Shown piece after piece: positions 53,552 through 64,000 of a stretch of 64,000 bases of DNA. Source of the DNA: Macrostomum lignano (taxonomy: Eukaryota); contig NIVC01000461.1 of the NCBI GenBank assembly GCA_002269645.1, forward strand, positions 310,001-374,000. Reading direction: 5' to 3'. Both the position numbers and the translations under genes were made by a program. Position 1 is the stretch's first letter. Every line of letters begins with the position of its first letter. The notes beneath the pieces are model-generated. The model had not been told where the DNA came from and did not search any database. It was given only the letters and a program-made list of their open reading frames with translations.

Positions 53552-56500
53552 ATGGACACAATCAGCAGCTGGCTGACCTGCTGCCCGGTGCTGCACATCG
53601 GCGGCGGCGGCATCGGCGGCTCCTCCGCCAAGGCCGATCAGGAAGATTTTGTGCCGCTGAAAAATGCCGAGAGCAAGCCGCCAGGTGAGATGCGGACTGC
53701 TGCTGAGATGGCGGTGGCTGTTTGAAATGTTGAGATTCTCTTTGATGGATTCAAAGATTCCCCGAGGCAAATATGAGATGGGGAAAACTAAGGGTGAGAT
53801 TTTGGTGATGAGATTCTATTGATGAGATTTTAGGATGAGATTCTAGAGGCGTGGGAGATTCTAGGAATGATGAGACTCTAGGGGTAGTGAGCTGCTAGGA
53901 TATGATTCTAGTGTGAGATCCTAGAGTGAGATTCTAGTGTGACATTCTAGGGTTAAGATTCTGGGGGTGAGATTCAAGGGCAAGACTCTAGGGGTGGTGC
54001 GACTCTAGCGTGGGGAGATTCTAGGGGTGGTGAGACTCTAGGGGTGAGACTCTAGGGTGGTGAGACTCTAGGGTGGGGAGATTCTAGGGGTGGTGAGACT
54101 CTAGGGGTGAGACTCTAGGGTGGTGAGACTCTAGCGTGGGGAGATTCTAGGGGTGGTGAGACTCTAGGGGTGAGACTCTAGGGTGGTGAGACTCTAGCGT
54201 GGGGAGATTCTAGGGGTGGTGAGACTCTAGGGGTGAGACTCTAGGGTGGTGAGACTCTAGCGTGGGGAGATTCTAGGGGTGGTGAGACTCTAGGGGTGAG
54301 ACTCTAGGGTGGTGAGACTCTAGCGTGGGGAGATTCTAGGGGTGGTGAGACTCTAGGGGTGAGACTCTAGGGTGGTGAGACTCTAGCGTGGGGAGATTCT
54401 AGGGGTGGTGAGACTCTAGGGGTGAGACTCTAGGGTGGTGAGACTCTAGCGTGGGGAGATTCTAGGGGTGGTGAGACTCTAGGGGTGAGACTCTAGGGTG
54501 GTGAGACTCTAGCGTGGGGAGATTCTAGGGGTGGTGAGACTCTAGGGGTGAGACTCTAGGGGTGAGACTCTAGGGTGGTGAGACTCTTGGGGGTGAGACT
54601 TTCGGGGTAGTGAGACTATAGGGGTGAGACTCTAGGGTGAGACTCTAGGGTGGCGAGACTCTTGGTGGTGAGTTTGCACTGACTACACGACTGCAGACAA
54701 ATCTTCTGACACTGGCAAGATGACTTCCATGCTTCGATTCACCCTAAGAAACTTTTAATTAACGATATAATTTCAATTTGCAGAGTGCAGCTCAATTACA
54801 GTGATTAATAATGCCGGTAGCGAGACAAAAATCTGATGCACTGGATTTAAAATTTAATCAAACATAGTTTTTTGTCTCCAGGTGGGCGCTGCAGCCACTG
54901 GGTTTTTAGGTCTAGCTCGTCGAGTCTCGACATTTGGCATTGAGTATCCATCCAAAGGAGGTCAATGAGTCAAACAGCAGCGCAAATCATCGCTTCGTTT
55001 CAGACGCAAACCCCACACCAGGCCGGTCGAAATCTGCAGCCGCGGCTGCCGGCTCCACTGTTGACGAGAACGGCCGGATGACTGATGGCGGGCGCGGCTG
55101 CGTCGGCAACTACGGAGCAACGTCGACAGCCGACCAGAGGGAGCCGCAGACCCGTGCGTGTTTGGCCTCTGATATTGGCAGTTTTTTACTTTTGCACTTT
55201 TAATAAGGACCAAGTGGCGCTATCTAGTGGCGCTATCTAGTGGCGCTATCTAGTGGCGCTATCTAGTGGCGCTATCTAGTGGCGCTATCTAGTGGCGCTA
55301 TCTAGTGGCGCTATCTAGTGGCGCTATCAAGTGGCGCTATCTAGTGGCGCTATCTAGTGGCGCTATCTAGTGGCGCTATCTAGTGGCGCTATCTAGTGGC
55401 GCCATCTAGTGGCGCTATCTAGTGGCGCTATCTAGTGGCGCTACCTGGGGCTCTCTATGAGCTAAAGGAACCATCTGTAGGGACTCCGTCACGAGTTATC
55501 CAACCCTCTCTCTGCCTCTGTCTTCCCCCAAACAGCTCCGGTCGTCAGAGCTCCAAAGTCAAACAACTCAACCGCCGCAACCCCGGCGGCTGCAACGCCG
55601 ACGACAACCGTCCAGTCGGTGTCGGACAAGTTCGAGGACCGCGGCCTCGGCCAGCTGCACTTCGTGCTGCAGTTCATCCCGGGCAAGGCCACTCTGTACA
55701 TCCGCATCATCAAGGGCGAATGCCTGGCTGCTCAGGACTCCAACGGGCTGTCCGACCCGTACGTGAAGGTGCACCTGCTGCCGGACACGGGCAAGCGGAC
55801 CAAGCTGCGCACCCGGACTTGCCAACGAACTCTGAATCCCATCTGGGATGAGGAATTCTGTTACAGCGGGGTCAGCCGAAGCGATATGGAAACTAAAATG
55901 CTGAGGTGAGGACAGGTTGAGAGCAGGGACTGACAGGTTGAGAACAGGTGCTGACAGGTTGAGAACAGGTGCTGACAGGTTGAGAGCAGGGACTGACAGG
56001 TTGAGAGCAGGGACTGACAGGTTGAGAGCAGGGACTGACAGGTTGAGAGCAGGGACTGACAGGTTGAGAGCAGGGACTGACAGGTTGAGAACAGATGCTG
56101 ACAGGTTGAGAGCAGGTGCTGACAGGTTGAGAGCAGGGACTGACAGGTTGAGAGCAAGGACTGACAGGTTGAGAGCAGGTGCTGACAGGTTGAGAGCAGG
56201 GACTGACAGGTTGAGAACAGATGCTGACGGGTTGAGAGCAGGGACTGACAGGTTGAGAGCAGGGACTGACAGGTTGAGAGCAGGGACTGACAGGTTGAGA
56301 ACAGATGCTGACAGGTTGAGAGCAGGGACTGACAGGTTGAGAGCAGGGACTGACAGGTTGAGAGCAGGGACTGACAGGTTGAGAGCAGGGACTGACAGGT
56401 TGAGAACAGATGCTGACAGGTTGAGAGCAGGGACTGACAGGTTGAGAGCAGGGACTGACAGGTTGAGAGCAAGGACTGACAGGTTGAGAGCAGGGACTGA

Positions 56501-59500
56501 CAGGTTGAGAGCAGGTGCTGACAGGTTGAGAGCAGGGACTGACAGGTTGAGAACAGATGCTGACAGGTTGAGAGCAGGTGCTCACAGGTTGAGAGCAGGG
56601 ACTGACAGGTTGAGAGCAGGGACTGACAGGTTGAGAGCAGGGACTGACAGGTTGAGAGCAGGGACTGACAGGTTGAGAGCAGGGACTGACAGGTTGAGAG
56701 CAGGTGCTGACAGGTTGAGAGCAGGGACTGACAGGTTGAGAGCAGGGACTGACAGGTTGAGAACAGATGCTGACAGGTTGAGAGCAGGGACTGACAGGTT
56801 GAGAGCAGGGACTGACAGGTTGAGAACAGATGCTGACAGGTTGAGAGCAGGGACTGACAGGTTGAGAGCAGGGACTGACAGGTTGAGAACAGATGCTGAC
56901 AGGTTGAGAGCAGGGACTGACAGGTTGAGAGCAGGGGCTGACAGGTTGAGAACAGGTGCTAACAGGTTGAGAACAGGTGCTGATAGGTTGAGAGCAGGTG
57001 CTAACAGGTTGAGAGCATGGACTGACAGGCTGAGAGCATGGATTACGCTAAGGTCGAGGGCAGAGGCTTCAGACTAATACTTAAGTCGAGTTGACCGGAC
57101 AGCTAATCCGATATAATTTTGACAAACAACACTTCAGTTTTCGAAGTGCACGGCAGTAAATTCACTGCTTCCCGCTTCTAATCTTCTTTTTCAATACCCT
57201 GGGCATATTTTATTGCTGCATCAGAACACGTCTGTACTGACACAAACCCCAAGTCACTACCAAAACTGATAAGCTATGCTAATTTATTTCATTCGAATGA
57301 AACACACCTTCGGTCACCTGGATTCGAAACTTAATTCAGGCTCTCAGTTCTCGACGAAGACACCATCGGATTCGACTGGATGGGCGAGATCCTGCTGCCT
57401 CTCGGCCACCTGCTGCACGGCCGCAAAGAGTACTACGAAATCCCACTGCAGCCTAAGAACTTTGTGAGGCTTGGAGTGGGGGACTGACTCAAGCCCAATC
57501 GTGAGGCTGACTCAAACCCAATCATGAGACTGACTCAAGCCCAATCATGAGACTGACTCAAACCCAATCATGAGACTGACTCAAGCCCAATCATGAGACT
57601 GACTCAAACCCAATCATGAGACTGACTCAAGCCCAATCATGAGACTGACTCAAACCCAATCCCGAGACTGACTCAAACCCAATCCCGAGACTGACTCAAA
57701 CCCAATCCCGAGACTGACTCAAACCCAATCCCGAGACTGACTCAAACCCAATCCCGAGACTGACTCAAACCCAATCATGAGACTGACTCAAACCCAATCC
57801 CGAGACTGACTCAAGCCCAATCATGAGACTGACTCAAACCCAATCCCGAGACTGACTCAAGCCCAATCATGAGACTGATGAGACTGACTCAAGCCCAATC
57901 ATGAGACTGACTCAAACCCAATCCCGAGACTGACTCAAGCCTAATCATGAGACTGACTCAAGCCCAATCATGAGACTGACTCAAACCCAATCATGAGACT
58001 GACTCAAACCCAATCATGAGACTGACTCAAGCCCAATCATGAGACTGACTCAAGCCCAATCATGAGACTGACTCAAGCCCAATCATGAGACTGACTCAAG
58101 CCCAATCATGAGACTGACTCAAGCCCAATCATGAGACTGACTCAAGCCCAATCATGAGACTGACTCAAGCCCAATCATGAGACTGACTCAAACCCAATCC
58201 TGAGACTGACTCAAACCCAATCCCGAGACTGACTCAAACCCAATCGTGAGACTGACTCAAGCCCAATCGTGAGACTGACTCAAGCCCAATCGTGAGACTG
58301 ACTCAAGCCCAATCATGAGACTGACTCAAACCCAATCCTGAGACTGACTCAAGCCCAATCATCGGGGAACTATCCCTGGCAGGAACTGGACCGCAGCCTG
58401 AAGCTGGAGCAAGAGGACCGCGGCAAGATCATGATCGGGCTGTGTTACGCGCCGGCGAAGAGCGAGCTGACGGTGCGGGTCATTCAGTGCGTGAACCTCA
58501 TCGCCATGGACGCCAATGGCTACAGCGATCCGTTCGTTAAGCTGTGAGCTGCTCTTGCTGGGCGAGTCGCTGAGTTCGATCGATTTATTAATACTGACTT
58601 TACTGACCTAAAAAATTGCTTATAAAAACTTCGATCCCACAGAAACCTGAAGCCAGGCCAGGATAAGTTCAAAAAGTACAAAACTGAAGTTAAGAAGCGA
58701 ACTCTTAATCCTGAGTATAACGAGGTACGCAGTGGAATTATCCCTGGATTATCCAAACTGTACTATTTTAGTCTCTAAATATCAATCTTCACAGATTTAT
58801 ATTGCATTATTCACTTATAATATTTTAGTATATTAGCTATGGGATTTTATACTGTATTATCTATCCTACACTGAACTGTCTATCCTACACTGGATTGTCT
58901 ATCCTACACTTGATTGTCTATCCTACACTGCATTGTCTATCCTACACTGCATTGTCTATCCTACACAACTGTCTATCCTACGCTGGATTGTCTGTCCTAC
59001 ACTGAACTGTCTATTCTACACTGGATTGTCTATCCTACACTGAACTGTCTATCCTTCACTGAACTGTCTATCCTACACTGAACTGTCTATCCTACACAAC
59101 TGTCTATCCTACACTGAACTGTCTATCCTACACTGAACTGTCTATCCTACACTGAACTGTCTATCCTACACTGAACTGTCTATCCTACACTAAACTGTCT
59201 ATCCTACACTGAACTGTCTATCCTACACAACTGTCTATCCTACACTGAACTGTCTATCCTACACTGAACTGTCTATCCTACACTGAACTGTCTATCCTAC
59301 ACTGAACTGTCTATCCTACACTGAACTGTCTATCCTACACAACTGTCTATCCTACACAACTGTCTATCCTACACTGTATTGTCTATCCTACACAGAATTA
59401 TATTCTATTGTGTGTTCCATCCACCCTCGTGCACTCTTACAGTTATATTTTAACAGTATTCATAGCTACTGACTAATTACTTTAGCAACAGTAGTGCTAC

Positions 59501-61312
59501 AGATTTACTTTAAAAAAAATTTTAAATACAAACATGATACTACGAGTAATAATCTCCAATAGCAGCCGCCTACCCCGCCCTCTCGCACAGGAGTTCCACT
59601 ACATCCTGAGCCAGCAGGAACTGCAAGAGAAAACACTCGAAATCACAGTGTGGGACAAGGACTTCGGCACTAAGAACGACTTTATGGGTGAGTGTGGGGC
59701 TCCCGGCTGCCTCCGAGACATCCGGCTTCGAGCCGGCGTTTTTTTATTCGATAACACTTCTTCTGCTCCTAGAAGCGGAAAAATCGTCTATTGCCAGCCA
59801 GGGACTGAGCGAGATGGATCAGGGGATGGGAGGGGAGTTCTTAGAGCAGAATTTCATCGCATGACCAAATCCAGCAGCTAGCAGCAGTCTCGCTTTGTTG
59901 CCAAGTCTGCGCGGCGAGTATCAGATAACTGCTGCTTCTGCTCGGCAATTCTTCACCTTTCGCTTATCGAATTCCCCTTTCTAGCCGTAGCTATCTAGCT
60001 TCTGACAGGTGCATGAAATAGAGTAGAATAGAATAGAATAGAATAGAAAAGAGTAGAATAGAATAGAATAGAATAGAATAGAATAGAATAGAATAGAATA
60101 GAATAGAATAGAATAGAATAGAATAGAATAGAATAGAATAGAATAGAATAGAATAGAATAGAATAGAATAGAAAAGAGTAGAATAGAATAGAATAGAATG
60201 GAATAGAATAGAATAGAATAGAATAGAATAGAATAGAATAGAAAAGAGTAGAATAGAATAGAATAGAATAGAATAGAATAGAATAGAATAGAATAGAATA
60301 GAAAAGAATAGAATAGAATAGAAAAGAATAGAATAGAATAGAATAAAATAGAATAGAATAGAATAGAATAGAATAAAATAGAATAGAATAGAATAGAATA
60401 AAATAGAATAAAATAGAATAGAATAGAATAGAATAGAATAGAATAGAATAGAATAGAATAGAATAGAAAAGAGTAGAATAGAATAGAATAGAATAGAATA
60501 GAATAGAATAGAATAGAATAGAATAGAAAAGAATAGAATAGAATAGAAAAGAATAGAATAGAATAGAATAAAATAGAATAGAATAGAATAGAATAAAATA
60601 GAATAGAATAGAATAGAATAAAATAGAATAAAATAGAATAGAATAGAATAGAATAGAATAGAATAGAATAGAATAGAATAGAATAGAATAGAATAGAATA
60701 AAATAGAATAGAAAAGAATAGAATAGAATAGAAAAGAATAGAATAGAATAAAATAAAATAGAATAGAATAGAATAGAATAGAATAGAATAGAATAGAATA
60801 GAATAGAAAAGAATAGAATAGAATAGAAAAGAATAGAATAGAATAGAATAAAATAGAATAGAATAGAATAGAATAAAATAGAATAGAATAAAATAGAATA
60901 AAATAGAATAAAATAGAATAGAATAGAATAGAATAGAATAGGATAGAATAGAATAGGAAAGAATAGAACAGAATAGAATAGATTAGATAAGAATCGAATA
61001 GACACCCCTCCTAGCTGAGGAAGTTCAGTACTGCAATTTACCAAGAAATTCAAACCTACTTCAATAATTAAATTAGAACATCAAAGCAAAGAGTTAAATG
61101 AACGGTGCTAAAGGCCTCAGTATCATCTTGCCTATATTGAAATTCAAAACCAGCAAGCAGTATTGAACCCCGCTTTTGTCACCCCAGGCGCCCTGGTGAT
61201 CGGCAATCGGTGCAGCGGAGAGCGCTGGAGCCACTGGGAGGTGATGATGAAGCAGCCGTACCAGCGTCACGATCGGTGGCACTCTCTGTGCCCTGAGCTG
61301 CTATTGGACTGA
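53552..61312 (+). CDS. Doc2/rabphilin-type double C2 domain protein, 363 aa; exons 53552-53684, 55536-55905, 57340-57463, 58383-58543, 58643-58724, 59591-59687, 61188-61312
   Basis: C2A: LGQLHFVL..AQDSNGLSDPYVKVHLLP..KLRTRT..TLNPIW..LSVLDED. C2B: RGKIMIGL..AMDANGYSDPFVKL..KYKTEVKKRTLNPEYNEEF..WDKDFGTKNDFMG; terminal HW...RWHSL. All seven exons join in phase. Exon 1 assignment is less certain. Confidence 0.92.
53870..54665. repeat. G-rich minisatellite with a 63-bp higher-order unit of four 14-17-bp GAGA[C/T]TCTAG subunits
   Basis: CTAGCGT variant recurs every 63 nt (54131, 54194, ...). Confidence 0.9.
55212..55445. repeat. 13-bp minisatellite (GTGGCGCTATCTA)
   Basis: Direct. Confidence 0.95.
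55910..57040. repeat. 21-bp minisatellite (GACAGGTTGAGAGCAGGGACT) in C2-gene intron 2
   Basis: Direct; source of ORFs 55861-57077. Confidence 0.96.
57481..58361. repeat. 23-bp minisatellite (GAGACTGACTCAAGCCCAATCAT) in intron 3
   Basis: Direct. Confidence 0.96.
58856..59395. repeat. 19-bp minisatellite (CTATCCTACACTGAACTGT) in intron 5
   Basis: Direct. Confidence 0.94.
60016..60985. repeat. (GAATA)n pentanucleotide tract in intron 6
   Basis: Direct. Confidence 0.97.
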
Positions 61313-61673
61313 CACTGGACTGGGCCAGGGAGTGCTAAAAGCGAGCCGTCTGGATTGGGTATCGGAGCTTTTCAGTTTGTCATGGTCTGGGACTCCCTCC
61401 TGATCGGACGCAGCTTTGACTCCTGTTATATCCTGTTGTGAGCACCCCCTTTGATCGCAGCCCATGCAAAACCGCTTAGAATCGTTGTTGTAAATTTGCA
61501 CTCAATTGACTCAATTACTAAATAGAGGATAGGAATTTATTTTTGGCTTGATTATACTAATAATATATCGTTTATCAAGGAGAACTAGAGAGAGATTAAA
61601 AAATCTGAGCAGCAAATTCTTTATGCTCTTTGTAAGAAAAAGATTTCCGAATGTCAAAATAGTGGGCAACTAT

Positions 61674-63565
61674 GTGACTGACCTCAGCCAAACAAATCTG
61701 TCGGTCTATTAGTATTGAAATATCGGCAACACTCCTTACTATCCCTTCACCCCATGACGTGACTGACCTCAGCCAATCAAATCTGTCGGTCTATTAGTAT
61801 TGAAATATCGGCAACACTCCTTACTATCCCTTCACCCCATGACGTGACTGACCTCAGCCAATCAAATCTGTCGGTCTATTAGTATTGAAATATCGGCAAC
61901 ACTCCTTACTATCCCTTCACCCCATGACGTGACTGACCTCAGCCAATCAAATCTGTCGGTCTATTAGTATTGAAATATCGGCAACACTCCTTACTATCCT
62001 TCACCCCATGACGTGACTGACCTCAGCCAAGCAAATCTGTCGGTCTATTAGTATTGAAATATCGGCAACACTCCTTACTATCCCTTCACCCCATGACGTG
62101 ACTGACCTCAGCCAATCAAATCTGTCGGTCTATTAGTATTGAAATATCGGCAACACTCCTTACTATCCCTTCACCCATGACGTGACTGACCTCAGCCAAT
62201 CAAATCTGTCGGTCTATTAGTATTGAAATATCGGCAACACTCCTTACTATCCCTTCACCCCATGACGTGACTGACCTCAGCCAATCAAATCTGTCGGTCT
62301 ATTAGTATTGAAATATCGGCAACACTCCTTACTATCCCTTCACCCCATGACGTGACTGACCTCAGCCAATCAAATCTGTCGGTCTATTAGTATTGAAATA
62401 TCGGCAACACTCCTTACTATCCCTTCACCCCATGACGTGACTGACCTCAGCCAAGCAAATCTGTCGGTCTATTAGTATTGAAATATCGGCAACACTCCTT
62501 ACTATCCCTTCACCCCATGACGTGACTGACCTCAGCCAAGCAAATCTGTCGGTCTATTAGTATTGAAATATCGGCAACACTCCTTACTATCCCTTCACCC
62601 CATGACGTGACTGACCTCAGCCAATCAAATCTGTCGGTCTATTAGTGTTGAAATATCGGCAACACTCCTTACTATCCATTCACCCCATGACGTGACTGAC
62701 CTCAGCCAATCAAATCTGTCGGTCTATTAGTGTTGAAATATCGGCAACACTCCTTACTATCCCTTCACCCCATGACGTGACTGACCTCAGCCAATCAAAT
62801 CTGTCGGTCTATTAGTATTGAAATATCGGCAACACTCCTTACTATCCCTTCACCCCATGACGTGACTGACCTCAGCCAATCAAATCTGTCGGTCTATTAG
62901 TGTTGAAATATCGGCAACACTCCTTACTATCCCTTCACCCCATGACGTGACTGACCTCAGCCAATCAAATCTGTCGGTCTATTAGTATTGAAATATCGGC
63001 AACACTCCTTACTATCCCTTCACCCCATGACGTGACTGACCTCAGCCAATCAAATCTGTCGGTCTATTAGTATTGAAATATCGGCAACACTCCTTACTAT
63101 CCCTTCACCCCATGACGTGACTGACCTCAGCCAATCAAATCTGTCGGTCTATTAGTATTGAAATATCGGCAACACTCCTTACTATCCCTTCACCCCATGA
63201 CGTGACTGACCTCAGCCAATCAAATCTGTCGGTCTATTAGTATTGAAATATCGGCAACACTCCTTACTATCCTTCACCCCATGACGTGACTGACCTCAGC
63301 CAATCAAATCTGTCGGTCTATTAGTATTGAAATATCGGCAACACTCCTTACTATCCCTTCACCCCATGACGTGACTGACCTCAGCCAATCAAATCTGTCG
63401 GTCTATTAGTATTGAAATATCGGCAACACTCCTTACTACCCCTCCACCCCAGCACGTGACTGACCTCAGCCAATCAAATCTGTCGGTCTATTAGTATTAA
63501 AATATCGGCAACACTCCTTACTACCCCTCCACCTCATCACGTGACTGACCTCAGCCAATCAAATT
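61674..63565. repeat. 85-bp satellite, ~22 copies
   Basis: Unit starts at 61674, 61759, ...; highly homogeneous. Confidence 0.97.
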
Positions 63566-64000
63566 ATTTACTCAGTAATAAAATTACTTTATATTTTAGA
63601 TTGCAGTTCTTGTCTGAGTGATTCAGTCAGTTCAAACTAGCTCAGCCAGATAAAGCGCTATATGTATTGAATACATATTCGTTAGAATACTTCCATTGGA
63701 CTCTATTTTTATGTCATGGGAACATGCCGCATTGGAGCCTATAATTTTACTCGATATTTCGCACTTGCAACACTCTACGCTCATACTGTTGTATCATTGT
63801 CTTACTAAGAGTCTCGTGAGTGGTCGGTTAGAGTAACATTGAAATTCATCAGCGACTCAAATCTATTTAACTCAGTAAAAGCCCCTCGAATTTCTGTAAT
63901 CACACTTTTTTCAGCAGGTATCGTCAGCTTAACTTTCTGTTGTGAGTTGTGAGTTCTGTCATAATTAGTAAAAAAACAAATGACCGTTCTGCATCACCGG

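Noticed and set aside
55861-61053. Repeat ORFs 55917..57077, 55861..56585 and 59995..61053
   Set aside because: Translations of intronic 21-bp and 5-bp repeats.

Overview
Animal (metazoan) genomic DNA: GC-rich, Ala-rich exons separated by GT-AG introns packed with minisatellites. This style suggests a free-living flatworm such as Macrostomum (inference only). Gene models assembled by hand with splice phases checked: coronin (-, ~1.1-5.6 kb); an orphan single-pass membrane protein (+, 7.8-9.8 kb); a short T-box gene (+, 13.8-18.7 kb); three paralogous secreted PAN/Apple + C-type-lectin genes (two inside a ~8 kb tandem segmental duplication, one inverted); an orphan secreted Cys-containing preproprotein (-, 44.1-45.9 kb); an FMRFamide-like neuropeptide precursor that looks like a 21-bp minisatellite (-, 50.8-51.3 kb); and, head-to-head with it, a Doc2/rabphilin-type double-C2 gene (+, 53.6-61.3 kb). 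Mobile DNA: a 3-copy MITE family with 8-bp TSDs, a 3-copy tRNA/CORE-type SINE, a decayed Tc1/IS630-like element, a possible Crypton-like palindromic element and a second retroposon-like tail. The standout non-coding signal is a complete minimal type I hammerhead ribozyme fold (34681-34741, minus strand) in a ~500-bp insert inside a (GATA)n tract. The paralogous (GATA)n tract instead holds a 272-bp x 3.4 concatemer. Most long ORFs in the supplied track are read-through of tandem repeats. No database searches were run; family calls rest on remembered motifs.
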